Shown in pieces: positions 14,461 to 31,678 of a stretch of DNA of 64,000 nucleotides (its first letter is position 1; the number at the start of each line of letters is the position of its first letter). The DNA lies in NCBI RefSeq assembly GCF_009914755.1, contig NC_060944.1; one strand, 5' to 3'. The notes under the pieces were generated by a model, which was not told the DNA's origin, did not search any database, and worked only from the letters and a program-made list of their open reading frames with translations. The position numbers were made by a program, and so were the translations under genes. The DNA is from the human T2T-CHM13v2.0 reference genome, Homo sapiens.

Positions 14461-14537
14461 CCACAGACTCTATGTGGATGCAGGAGGGCTTGGGGGTAGA
14501 CTGAGAGGTGGGAGGGAGGAGTGCAGCCTGGACATTA

Positions 14538-15179
<642 letters not shown>

Positions 15180-15317
15180 TTACAGCAATCACCTATTCAG
15201 TTTTGCAACATTATATTATTGAATAATTGCCCTTTTTCCTCCTCTTATTCTACCTCAATAAAGTTAAATGTTTCGTTTTCCTTAGCAAACTCCATATATA
15301 TATATATATGGACATAC

Positions 15318-15377
15318 TTTTTTGCAATTACTTTTAATTGCAAAAACTGCAATTAATTACTTTTGTACCAACCTAAT
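15318..15377. mobile_element. MADE1 (Hsmar1 mariner MITE), partial
   Basis: TTTTTGCAATTACTTTTAATTGCAAAAACTGCAATT...ACTTTTGTACCAACCTAA; left TIR missing. Confidence 0.8.
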
Positions 15378-15379
15378 GC

Positions 15380-15553
15380 ACGCATATGTATATATGTACA
15401 TTTGTGTATATATGTATATATGTATGTGTTTATATACCTATACATATACATATATACATACATATGTATATGTATATCTGTGAATATATGTAGAAATTCT
15501 CTCTATAAAACAAATTCTATCTAAAAAAACACATATATGAATTAAAACATATA

Positions 15554-15600
<47 letters not shown>
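15380..15600. repeat. Compound (TA)n/(TATG)n/(GT)n microsatellite tracts
   Basis: Direct inspection; degenerate TA tract at 15380-15490, (GT)n(AT)n at 15550-15600. Confidence 0.9.
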
Positions 15601-15770
15601 GTTTGTTTTTTATAAAGATGATGTTTTGCTGTGTTGCCCAGGCTGGAGTGCAGTGGCTATTCACAGGCATGATCATAGCGCACTACAGCCTCAAGCTCCT
15701 GGGCTCAAGCAATCCTCTCACCTCAGCCTCCTGAGTAACTGGAACTACAAGAAGGCACCATGTGATTGGC
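15601..15770 (-). mobile_element. Alu monomer (FAM/FLAM/AluJ-like)
   Basis: TGTTGCCCAGGCTGGAGTGCAGTGGCTATTCACAGGCATGATCATAGCGCACTACAGCC. Confidence 0.85.
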
Positions 15771-15892
15771 TTATATTATTTAAACTATTCACTTCCAAGT
15801 TTCTAAGAGCCACATATTTTGTCATATTTTATTCAAGGATGAGGAATGAAGAAGTCTGTGTCTGTATCAGCTTGATAGTTCTATTAGATCTT

Positions 15893-15985
15893 TGATACTC
15901 AAAGCGCACTCTGTGGATCAGCAGCATCAGCACCCCTGGGAGCTGGTTACAAACACAGAACTTTAAGACCCATCCCAGACCTACA
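15893..15985. mobile_element. MER5A fragment (hAT-Charlie)
   Basis: CAGCAGCATCAGCACCCCTGGGAGCTGGTTA...CCCAGACCTAC. Confidence 0.7.
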
Positions 15986-16021
15986 AGTGGATTAATTTGC
16001 AAATTTCATTGTTAAAAAAAG

Positions 16022-16290
16022 CTTTCTTTTTTAGAGTTTTAGTTCACAGCAAAATTGAAAGGAAGATACAGAGATTTCCCACACACACTGCTCCCATGCA
16101 TGCACAGTCTCCACCTTATCAACATCCCCAACCTGGGTAGTTTATTTGTTGTAGTTGATGAGCTTACATTGACACCTCATTGTCACCAATCATCCACAGT
16201 TTACATTAGGATTCATTCTTGGTGTTGTACATTCTATGGGTCTGGACAAATGTTAGTGATATGTATCCATCACTATAGTGTCATGCAGTG
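16022..16290 (-). mobile_element. L1MC1-like 3' end
   Basis: GTTCACAGCAAAATTGA...TACAGAGATTTCCC...GGTGTTGTACATTCTATGGG. Confidence 0.8.
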
Positions 16291-16914
16291 AATTGCATTT
16301 TGAAAAGCTCTATATTAGCTATACCATTCCAGAGATTGGGGACCTCCCCTTTGTGCCTTTGAAGTTTTCCACACAAATCATAATGGCATCAATAATTGAT
16401 TAACCTGGAACAAGGTGAGGAAGCAGTCCGTAAAAAGCAGGTGGTACCCCTGCTTTCAGAAGTTTCCACTGAACTAGGTATTTCCCGTCAAAGAGTAATC
16501 TTCATTCAGGCTAATGGCTTGTCATAATAAAATTCCATTCAGTTACTGAGGAAAGATTTCTTCTGGGCACCAATTTCCCATTTGAAAGTATTACAAGAAA
16601 GCTGTGTGTGCTTATCCTGAAATGGGGAGCACTGTTACTCAGGCCCCAGTGGTATAATAATGGGTGACTGTGGCTGACTCCTCGAGGATAAGCCCTGCAC
16701 AAGCTTCTGGGGGATTAATTTGGTCCATCTGGGTTGAGTCATATCTGGTTTGTATTACCTGAATATAACTCAGATCTTTGAAAGCAAAGGAATTAATTTA
16801 GAAGGACCACTGCGATACTGTAGCTGAACTTTACTTATTAATTTATGTAATTATATCACTAGTTACAATATTTAGCTATGATTTTATTTGATCTCTTGTC
16901 TTCTCCCATTGAAG

Positions 16915-17088
16915 CAGTGATTCTCAAGCCTCAACAGGCATGAGAGCTCCTGGGGGGCTTGTTAGCATGCAAATTCCTGTGCTTCATCCCCAGAGTTTCT
17001 GCTTAGTAGGTCTGGGCTGGAACCCAAGAATGTACATTTTGAAGAAGCCCCCAGATGAGGCTGATGCTGCTTGGTCAGGACTACTTCC
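16915..17088. mobile_element. MER5A/B
   Basis: CAGTGATTCTCAA start; CAGATGAGGCTGATGCTGCT. Confidence 0.8.
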
Positions 17089-19794
17089 CTAAAGAATTTG
17101 CAAACAAGGGACCAATCATGGTAGTGAGTAACTTCTTTGTCTCTTGCTCCTTTTGTACAAAATATCTGATTTTTCTCCTGCACTTGTCTGTATCTGACTC
17201 ACTGGTTGTCTTCTTCTTTAGTTTAAGGCCTCTGGAAGCCCAGAGATAGGAGGCAGGGACGAGTGGAGGGCAGTTTTCTCTCGACTCTTCCTGCAGTTAT
17301 TTAACTTCTGTTTCTAATTTATAAGGCTTTCTTGGCATATGTAAGCCTATGCAGTCAAACTGAGTTGTGGTCCAGGAGAGGTCATGGACCAGTGTCAGTC
17401 ATGTGCCACATCACAGAGTGACGTGAGATTCGGAGATGAGAAAAATGTAAAAAGACCCTACTTTTTTTTCTTGGCCTATCCCAATAAAATACTTCTGCTC
17501 TTAAAGCCTGGTCTCATGAATATTTATTTGGTTTGGCCCCCTACTTTGTGTTTACTCCTAAAACGGTTTGGGTTTTCCAGTGAGCCTGCTGCCTAGACGG
17601 GACTCTAGGCTAAGTTAAGACATGCCAACATAGTCAACTAAGCAGAATCCCATGCTGAAACTCTGGGAAGTGTTTGAAATTTATTCTCTCTCCAGGTGAG
17701 GGAGCTGACATGATGGGCCACATCCCTGAAGGTCAACCTGAAACCAGGACCACACTGTAACACTGCCACCTCTGCAACATACATATTAGTGCAAATTGGG
17801 GTAAAGGGTGGGGCTGATAGAATGTAGAGTGTAATTTAGGAACCAGCCTATGGTGAGATCTTGCAACTGCTGGCAAAGTCCGAGCCACTATCCTTTGAGC
17901 AATCCATTCACAATGGAACCAGAAAAACAATGTCTATTTAGCCAGAAAAAATTTGAATGGACAAGAGTGATGTCTCTTTACCAATACAAGAGAGATAAGA
18001 TTACTAGGAATAGAAGAGTTACATGGTTTCTCTGACTGCCTTCACAAAGTTCAGGGTGGCTGGAGGTCTCTGAAGAAAAGCCTGGACATCAGTGATGAAT
18101 CAATCTCTCAAAGCCTCCTGTAGCAAACATTGCCAAGGGCCTACTGGTAACCTGTCAGCATTGACCTTTTCAGTGCACTCAATTGCAATCTGAAACTGCC
18201 AGCAGCTCCTTGCTTCACCTGGAGCTTTCTCTCACTGCCAGATCCAGATGTGGCAAGCTGGAAGTGCTGGGATGTAGCAGCTCCACTCCCGTTCCCACTC
18301 ACAGCAGCCTCAGTCATGACAGAAAGGGGCTGAGGTATACACGCCTCAGCTCCCTCACCTGCAGAGAGAATAAATTTCAAACACTTCCCAGAGTTTCAGC
18401 ATGGGATTCAGCTCAGTGGACCACTGGGTGTCCTATCTTTCCTCTTTCACTTCCTCACACCATTATCGGCATCCGAGACCCCTCTCTTCCTGCTCTCTAT
18501 TCCCAACTATGCTGAGCTAAGATTGTTGCTGCTGCCACGTGATTATTACTGTTTTCTGTCTTGATGGGGAGACAACAAGGTAGGAGCGGCCATGAACCTA
18601 AGGTCAGATGACCTTTCTGGAACTCAGAGTTGTTCCAGCGGTAAGCTCTTCATCAAAGCCAATGCTTACGAAATTTACATGGCTCAGGATTGTCTGCTGC
18701 TGGTGATCTAGAACACAGCATTTAAAGACAAAGAAGTGGGGGCATTGTAATGCTTCCTCCCAGTGACTTGCTGGATAGCTAACTTATGCTTGAAGTTTTC
18801 TATCAGGTACAAAAAACAAGTTAACATCTACCTAGTAATCACGATGCATTTTAAAGGTATTGAGTGAAAAAAGTGATGAGACATTTTCAAAAATTTCAAA
18901 ATCCAATTACTTTTTCAGTAAATATCTTCTAAAATGAAATCTTTATCATTTCTAATATTTTTCTTAAGAGAATGTGAATCTTTTTTTTACCAAAGATCGA
19001 AACTCTCAAAACATTTTCAGAGGCTTCATAAAATCGTTATTTGTGTTGGAATTTTATATACCACCCAAAGCTGGATGAAATCAAAGAGCCAATGGCTAGG
19101 CTTGGAGGTCATTTTAAAAACTGCATTTTTTCACCATTATAATATTTATTGCAATGGGCTAGGCCCTACGCATCAGATTGGCGATATTATTAAGGCATCA
19201 GAAGGCCAAGAAAATCTGAAAATAAAATGGTTTCCCAGGTAAAGCCATGGTAAGGGTAGGCAAAACTGGCATCAGGCCAACCGTTTCTTACCATGCATCA
19301 AACTTTTGAGGTCAGGCAAAATTGAAAACACATTTGGAGAAGTTAATTCACCTTAATTTTGAAACCCATGTGTATTTCAAGGGAAATTTAATCCGTGTGT
19401 TTCTAATTCATTTACACTCAATTCATCAAAATGTTCTTTTGATAGACTTATTTCATTTTTTTATCTAGGAAATATTATGACTCTCTTTAACAAGATTCTT
19501 GAAGGCTTGAATAAAATGCCTTTAAGAAATTGTGTTTGGCTATCCATAAACAGGACTAATTAACAGAGGTTAAGGGAAAGCAGTCCAGTTCTAAAACTTG
19601 GCCCCCCAAGATTCAAGGGGTTGTGCTTTTTGCTGTGTTAACACCATTGAAATGGTGGTGTCACTCTCTTCAGCGCTAGGTACCTAGTGATTCCATCCAC
19701 TCATCCACCACTTTAATAATTAATTCCTCAGTGAATGGTTACACTCAATGTAGATTGAGCTGACCCTTCACTTTCTTCAGGGCATGGAGATCTA

Positions 19795-19920
19795 TCCAAT
19801 CTAATCTAATCTAATGTAATCTAATCTAATCTAATCTAATCTCTATCTAGTCTATCATCTATCTATCTAATCTATCATCTATCTATGTATCTATCTAATC
19901 TATCATCTATATCTACATAT
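19795..19920. repeat. (TCTAA)n followed by (TCTA)n microsatellite
   Basis: Direct inspection. Confidence 0.95.
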
Positions 19921-20519
19921 TTTTCAAGTGTTTACATGAAGACAGATATTATGGGTTGGAATTAATGGGACAGCTGAGACTATGGTTTGAGTCAATCAGA
20001 AGAGCTTGGATGCTAAATCTTGCTAGGTAAGAGAAACCTTGAGAAAGAAGGGTAAAAGGAAGTGGGCAAAGTTACATAATTTATTTAATTTGTAATGAAA
20101 CACAGTGGATAGTATTAATTATAATTTTACATATAATTTCTGGGATAAGAAACAAAAGCAGTTTTATTAGGTAAAATATTAGTCTGAAACATGGAAGGAA
20201 TAAAACTAGATTAGTTTTCAATGTTTGTATTTCTAATATGACAATAATAGGACTCAAAATCAAAATACATATGCAACTCTTGATGAGCTCAGCGTGTGGT
20301 GAGAAAAGTTTCTTCAGTTTCCGAAAGTGAAGGAATAAAGCCCAGCCTTGCTGGAGTTTTTGATTTATAACCAGCAGGGGAAAATAAATTTGCTGAGCTT
20401 CTCTTTTTGGGCAGCTTCCATGTGAGGGTGGGGACTGCCAAACAATAGCAGTCAATTCAATTATCATGAGGAATTACCTATTGTAGAGCTAGCCACTTCA
20501 CCAGCCATCTTTTACTAGT

Positions 20520-20958
20520 GATTTTATTTTATTATTTTTATAGATTTAGGAGGTACAAGGTTAGTTTTGCTACATGGATATGTTGCATAGTGGTGAAGTC
20601 TGGGCTTTTATTGTAAATGCCACCCAGATAGGGTATATCACACCCATTAGGTAGTTTCTCATCCCTCACCATGCTCCCACTTTTCTCAGTCTCCAGTGTC
20701 TATTATTTAACTATGTTCATGTGTACACATTGTTTATGTCTCAGTTCTAAGTGAGAACATGCGGTATTTAGTTTTTGGCTTCTGAGTTAGTTAACTTAAG
20801 GCCCTTCAATTCCACCCATGTTGCTGCAAAAAACACAATTTCATTTCTTTTTGTGGCTGAGTAGTATTCCATGGTGTATATATACCATATTTTCTTTATC
20901 CACTCATCTGTTGATGGGCGCTTAGATTGATTCAATATCTTTGCTGTTGTGAATAGTA
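20520..20958 (-). mobile_element. L1MA/L1PB4-like 3' end
   Basis: ORF 20768-20986 (DEWIKKIWYIYTMEYYSA) plus L1MA-type 3'UTR. Confidence 0.85.
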
Positions 20959-21241
20959 TTAGTAATTTTAAATAGTGGTGGGACAAAGCCCATTAGGAAG
21001 AGTTCCTTTGAGGGGTTTCCAGAGTCAATTAACAGGACAGAGAATAGCAGGCACTTCATTTGTAACAGGAGAAGGTATCACTGGGTTTCACAGAGCTCGT
21101 AACAGAAACGACACTGCCAGCTACTTTAGGGCAGGTGGTAGGAGATGACAGCCAGGTTCTTCCCATAGGCCACAAAATGACAATTGCTGTCTCTAAAATG
21201 GCCAACTTGAGTGGACTCTTCTCCCTCATTCCTCATAGTAA

Positions 21242-21661
<420 letters not shown>

Positions 21662-22145
21662 TGATACTTGCCTTATTAGCTATGTATGTTAAGTATTAGG
21701 CAAACTTGCCAAGTCCACGTGGATAGCCATATTAAGTCTAAAGACTTAACACAGATCTAGGTGCAGAGAAGTACATGTGGGGCAGAGAACTAGACCTGGA
21801 AGAACCCACACAGGCACATTCCTTTGCCTCGAGGCTGCTTGGAGAAGTATCAGCCTAGTCTAGGAAACCTGAAAACCTAAAAAACACAACTGTAAGACTT
21901 TCTCTGTTTGTTTTTAATGTTTTTCTGATTAGAATGGAGAAGTTATCCAAATATCACATTACAGTAAGTTCTAATGATCTGTAGTTTATCCGTGGAGATG
22001 GCATTAATTATTGGCATATTAAGACAATGTGTGAGTTTGAAAATCATTGAGTATCTGTGGCAATTCCTGTAGAAATAAATATGAGGAAAATCTGACCTTA
22101 AAATTTTAAAAACCTTAAAATTTGAGAGTTAGTTTATCCACAGAA

Positions 22146-22452
22146 TTTTTTTTTTTTTTTTTTTTTTTTGAGATAGGGTCTTGTTCTGTCACCCAAGCTG
22201 GAGTGCAGTGGCGTGATCTTGGCTCACTGCAACCTCTGCCTCCTGGGTTCAAGCAATTCTCTGCCTCAGCCTCCCAGGTAGCTGGGATTACAGGTGCCCA
22301 CCACCATGCCTGGCTAATTTTTTTTTTGTATTTTTAGTAGAGATGGGGTTTCACCATCTTGGCCAGCTGGTCTTGAACTTCTGACCTCGTGATTCACCAG
22401 CCTGGGCCTCCCAAAGTGCTGGGATTATAAGCGTGAGCCACCACGCCTGGCC
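22146..22452 (-). mobile_element. AluS
   Basis: Full dimeric Alu, antisense, T24 tail. Confidence 0.95.
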
Positions 22453-23699
22453 AACATTTTTCTTTTGGTCTTATTTTCTTTAAACTATAGAAGATGCATG
22501 TTGATCTGGGCTTGAATTTCAAATGGCTCTCTTTCTATGTAAACCCAATTTTCTTACAAAAATAAAAACCTCTAATTTCACATGGTCAAACCAATACTTA
22601 CCTTCAGATATGATGAAATATGAAAGTTAACCAAGGTAGCATCTATAAAGACCGATGCAAGGCCTGGAGCCCAGTAGGTACTTAGGTCCATCTCACCTCT
22701 ATGAATATACATTTTTGGGGGCTCTGTGGTTAGGATAGTCTTAGTTTCATGTTATTATATGATGCTTTTGAGAGGTAATTTTGTGTTAATGATTTGCTAC
22801 TCAATTCAGTCGCCAAAATACCTTAATTCTCAATTCAAATTTAATCGTAAACATATGGTTTGCTTTTTACTTAACATTATACAGGAATGAGTGTAAGATC
22901 ATAGGTTTATATTTTTGGAACATGCTCTGGTGACCATTACAATCAGAATAATTTCTGAGTCTTTGTTCAGTGCATCCACTTCTGCAGAATTGATTGGAAG
23001 TAATAAAATGCTCTTGTAGATCTTTATTTTATATATATTTGATTACCTTATTAAAATTGAGAATGTGATTTTTATTCTCTCCATGATCAGCTATACAAGT
23101 GTGCTTCATAAAATGCAGAGTTTGCCCAAATTCAGGTCTTGCTGCCCCGTGGCTTCTGCAAGCACCAGTTCCCACTAAGCTCATGATGCTCTAGGTAAAT
23201 GGATATTGAATGTTGGAAGAGCGGCTCCATTTTGCTGTAGTGCCCAGTCTGAAAATCTGCAGCTGAATGAATGTGTCAATATGACATGTGTTAAAGTCGC
23301 CGACCAATTACTACTTGATGAAGGGAAGGGAGCTAACCTGGTTGGGGCCTTAGATCTGCTGTATCAGGACTCACTCACTCACAGGCTCTCGTCTCTCTCT
23401 CTCTCACAGTATTGTGCTAGGAACTCTCAATTGGATAGAAACTTCCGACCACAGCTTCTCTCCTCAATCCCAGACCCACATTTCCAGTGCCCATTTCCTC
23501 TTATTGCTAAGCATGTGCTGGTTTATATGATTGCCACAGTGGGTACCAGTTATGGTCATAGCCCCTTACCAGCACACATGAGAATGGTCCATGACCCACA
23601 CCAGTGAGGACCCTTACATCTTTGCAAAGTCTTATACCTGAGTCTTACCTTCAGGGATTACAATCTAACAGATCTAAGAGTGTGGCCTGGGCATCTGGC

Positions 23700-23792
23700 C
23701 ATGTGCTCCTCAGTTGAGTAGCTGGGACTGTATGGCCCACAAAGCCTAAAATATGTACTGTTTGTCCATTTATAAAAAACATTTCCTGACCC
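23700..23792. mobile_element. MER58A fragment, preceded by a short MER5-like piece at ~23650-23695
   Basis: GACTGTATGGCCCACAAAGCCTAAAATATGTACT...TTTCCTGACCC. Confidence 0.7.
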
Positions 23793-24189
23793 ACGTTGTG
23801 TAGCCCAAAAGCCAACCTCCCATTGCCTGTGTATACTCTGCTGTCATTCTCACACTACGTTCACTACGTTCACTACGTTCTCCACACATTTGCTGTTCTT
23901 TCCAGCTCTTCTTATTCATTCTCGAGCTTTGGACCATAATAGTCTAAACACAGAACCTTCTGTCCTTCCCCAGATGATTACTAATACTGCTCCAGCCTTC
24001 ACATTCAACTTCTTGATGACTCTTCAGTGAAGGAAGTAGTATGAGAGGCCTGCAGTTCCAACCCTACCCCCCAACACTGGCTGTATTCTCTAGTTCAGAA
24101 TATAGAAATATATTTTTGAGCATATACGTGTCTTGGAGTGTCTTTTCTAGATTTATGCACCCTTTACTTGTTATTTCATAAATTGATTT

Positions 24190-24400
24190 TCCCATCTTAC
24201 TGTGTGCTGGATGCACTGCTGGGTGCTTTACGCTCTAAACATAGTTGACCATCAATGTCTCAATAGCACTCATAAGTTGGTATTATTAAGCCCACTCTAT
24301 AGATGCACAACAGGGGTACAGAGAGGTTATTTGCTCAAGTTTACAAAGCTAGTAAATGTTAGGAACAGAATTTAAAGTCAGGTCAACCTTACTCCCAATT
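24190..24400 (-). mobile_element. MIR
   Basis: Degenerate core TATTATTAAGCCCACTCTATAGATG...CAGAGAGGTTA. Confidence 0.65.
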
Positions 24401-24799
24401 GCCTACTAAAGAACTTCATTTACATTGCATCACCAGGGAATAATAAAGAATAACTTATTTTAGTTATTCTAGTGGAAATTCTTTTGAAACATTATACACA
24501 CTTCTCTGCCATCTCAATTAAGTCATATTGAACATCAATTAACCTCTTCAGGACTACTTAATATCACAAATATTAACAAGTTTTATGGTAGTATAGAAAA
24601 ACATGAATTTACAATAAGACAATAAATTATTCCTAACACGAAATCTCGGGTTTGAAATCTTGGGTCAATCCTACTCTGATGGGATAAAAAGAAATTAGTT
24701 GTACTTTTTTGCTGCTATTTTATTCTTTACCTCCATTCCTTCACTCAGGTAGACGAGCTTGTGTGTAAGGTAGAAGTGAAGCAACTGAGTACCGCATTG

Positions 24800-25010
24800 C
24801 CCCATGGTTAAGAAGAGAGATTTGGGGGCAACCTAAAACTAGGTTTTGGTCCTGGTCCTGCTACTAATTACTGTGTAAAGTTAGGCAACTGACTTAGCCT
24901 CTCTGAGCCTCAACTACCCCATCTGCACAGTGGAGTTAGTAACACACTCACATAGGATAATGTATCAGGCACATTGGAAGCTTCCAGTACATGGCCATTA
25001 TTATTAAATT
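24800..25010 (+). mobile_element. MIR
   Basis: TGGTTAAGA...GGCAACTGACTTAGCCTCTCTGAGCCTCA. Confidence 0.75.
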
Positions 25011-25039
25011 ATTGAGGATGCTTTTTAACTTTGTAACCT

Positions 25040-25186
25040 GGAGACTTCACGTCTCCCCTAGGAGGTTGTGACTTTCAAGAGGGCAGACACACTGTGTTTT
25101 CACAGGAATATTGTCAGAACTTTCTTGCAGTTGCTAGCTCAGTAAACATTTGTCCATGAATGAAAGAATGAATGAATGAATGAATG
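25040..25186 (+). mobile_element. L2 3' end with (GAAT)n tail
   Basis: GAGGGCAGA...CTCAGTAAACATTTG...(GAAT)n. Confidence 0.7.
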
Positions 25187-25279
25187 CCACATGAACACAG
25201 ACACAAAGATGCTGAGTTCACCATCAAGCTACTCTATTGTTCTATGTCCTGTTTTAAAGATTTTGAAGATGTGCTCCTC

Positions 25280-25518
25280 TTTTTTTTTTTTGTGGTGATT
25301 GCAATTTATTCATGATATTTCAATTTTCCATAAAATGCTTGTGAATTTCAGGGGAGTATACTGTGCACATGAACATCAGCCTTCCCTCTTATCACAGAAT
25401 CCAAAACCATGAAGCATGCTAGTACTTTGCTGTTACCCAGTAGTTTTAACATTCTATTTCAAGGCTTTCATGAAAGCATAAAAGATGTTTTACTTTTTCT
25501 TCCTACCTTTGCCCCCTC
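25280..25518 (-). other. L1-mediated 3' transduction (~227 bp unique sequence plus second poly(A))
   Basis: Lies inside the L1 TSD (ATGTGCTCCTCTTTT at 25269-25283 and 31679-31693); minus-strand AATAAA at 25310-25305, 13 nt before the T12 tract. Confidence 0.9.
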
Positions 25519-25743
25519 TTTTATTTTATTTTATTATTATTATACTTTAAGTTTTAGGGTACATGTGCACAATGTGCAGGTCAGTTACATATGTATACAT
25601 GTGCCATGCTGCTGTGCTGCACCCATTAACTCGTCATTTAGCATTAGGTATATCTCCTAAAGCGATCCCTCCCCCCTCCCCTCACCCCACAACAGTCCCC
25701 AGTGTGTGATGTTCCCCTTCCTGTGTCCATGTGTTCTCATTGT

Positions 25744-29577
<3,834 letters not shown>

Positions 29578-29625
29578 TTATTTTGCTCGTTAGTTGATGC
29601 AGTTTCTTCCTACCTTCGATGGTCT

Positions 29626-30643
29626 TTACAATTTGGCATGATTTTGCAGTGGCTGGTACCGGTTTTTCCTTTCCATGTTTAGTGCTTCCTTCAGGAGCTC
29701 TATTAGGGCAGGCCTGGTGGTGACAAAATCTCTCAGCATTTGCTTGTCTGTAAAGTATTTGATTTGTCCTTCACTTATGAAGCTTAGTTTGGCTGGATAT
29801 GAAATTCTGGGTTGAAAATTCTTTTCTTTAAGAATGTTGAATATTGGCCCCCCACTCTCTTCTGGCTTGCAGAGTTTCTGCTGAGAGATCTGCTGTTAGT
29901 CTGATGGGCTTTCCTTTGTGGGTAACTCGACCTTTCTCTCTGGCTGCCCTTAACATTTTTTCCTTCATTACAACTTTGGTGAATCTGACAATTATGTGTC
30001 TTGGAGTTGTTCTTCTCGAGGAGTATCTTTGTGGCATTCTCTGTATTTCCTGAATCTGAATGTTGCCCTGCCTTGCTAGATTGGGGAAGTTCTCCTGGAA
30101 AATATCCTGCAGAGTGTTTTCCAACTTGGTTCCATTCTCCCCATCAGTTTCAGGTACACCAATCAGATGTAGATTTGGTCTTTTCACATAGTCCCATATT
30201 TCTTGGAGGCTTTGTTCATTTCTTTTTATTCTTTTTTCTCTAAACTTCCCTTCTCACTTCATTTCATTCATTTCATCTTCCATCACTGATACCCTTTCTT
30301 CCAGTTGATCGCATCAGCTCCTGAGGCTTCTGCTTTCTTCACGTGGTTCTTGAGCCTTGGCTTTCAGCTCCATCAGCTCCTTTAAGCACTTCTCTGTATT
30401 GGTTATTCTAGTTATACATTTGTCTAAATTTTTTTCAAAGTTTTCAACTTCTTTGCCTTTGGTTTGAATTTCCTCCTGTAGCTCAGAGTAGTTCGATTTT
30501 CTGAAGCCTTCTTCTCTCAACTCATCAAAGTCATTCTCCATCGAGCTTTGTTCCATTGCTGGTGAGGAGCTGTGTTCCTTTGGAGGAGGAGAGGCACTCT
30601 GCTTTTTAGAGTTTCCAGTTTTTCTGCTCTGTTTTTTCCCCAT
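29626..30643 (-). pseudogene. L1 ORF1, disrupted
   Basis: MGKKQSRKTGNSK start; premature stop at 30314; frameshift near 29850. Confidence 0.95.
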
Positions 30644-31678
30644 CTTTGTGGTTTTTTCTACTTTTGGTCTTTGATGATGGTGATGTATAGATGGGTTTTT
30701 GGTGTGGATGTCCTTTCTGTTTGTTAGTTTTCCTTCTAACAGACAGGACTCTCAGCTGCAGGTCTGTTGGAGTTTGCTAGAGGTCCACTCCAGACCCTGT
30801 TTGCCTGGGTACCAGCAGCAGTGGCTGCAGAACAGCAGATTTTCGTGAACTACGAATGCTGCTGTCGGATCGTTCCTCTGGAAGTTTTGTCTTAGGGGAG
30901 TAACTGGCTGTGTGAGGTGTCAGTCTGCCCCTACTGGGAGGTGCCTCCCAGTTAGGCTGCTCGGGGGTCAGGGGTCAGGGATCCACTTGAGGAGGCAGTC
31001 TGCCCCTTCTCAGATCTCCAGTTGCGTGCTGGGAGATCCACTGCTCTCTTCAAAGCTGTCAGACAGGGACACTTAAGTCTGCAGAGGTTACTGCTGTCTT
31101 TTTGCTTGTCTGTGCCCTGTCCCCAGAGGTGGAGCCTACAGAGGCAGGCAGGCCTCCTTGAGCTGTGGTGGGCCCCACCCAGTTCAAGCTTCCTGGCTGC
31201 TTTGTTTACCTAAGGAAGCCTGGGCAATGGCAGGCGCCCCTCCCCCAGCCTTGCTGCTGCCTTGCAGTTTGATCTCAGACTGCTGTGCTAGCAATCAGCG
31301 AGACTCCGTGGGGGTTGGACCCTCCGAGCCATGTGGGAGATATAATCTCACAGTGTGCCGTTTTTTAAGCCCTTCAGAAAAGCGCAGTATTGGGGTGGGA
31401 GTGATCTGATTTTCCAGGTGCCGTCTGTCACCCCTTTCTTTGACAAGGAAGGGAACTCCCTGACCCCTTGTACTTCCCAAGTGAGGCAGTGCCTCGCCCT
31501 GCTTTGGCTCGCGCACGGTGTGCTGCACCCACTGTCCTGCGCCCACTGTCTGGCACTCCCTAGTGAGATGAACCCCGTACCTCAGATGGAAATGCAGAAA
31601 TCACCCGTCTTCTGCGTCGCTCACGCTGTGAGCTGTAGACCGGAGCTGTTCCTATTCGGCCATCTTGGCTCCCCTGCC
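30644..31678 (-). promoter_or_regulatory. L1 5'UTR internal sense and antisense promoter region
   Basis: YY1 motif CAAGATGGCCG on minus strand at ~31657-31667; relatively CpG-rich; ~1.03-kb long form. Confidence 0.8.
31227..31409 (+). pseudogene. L1 ORF0 (antisense ORF), truncated to 60 aa
   Basis: MAGAPPPALLLPCSLISDCCASNQRDSVGVGPSEP... ending in an early TGA. Confidence 0.8.

Noticed and set aside
15318-15377. miR-548-like hairpin
   Set aside because: MADE1 lacks its left arm, so no full precursor stem.
25511-25524. GCCCCCTCTTTTAT as the L1 TSD
   Set aside because: Only a partial match to the 5' flank; the perfect 15-bp match is at 25269-25283.
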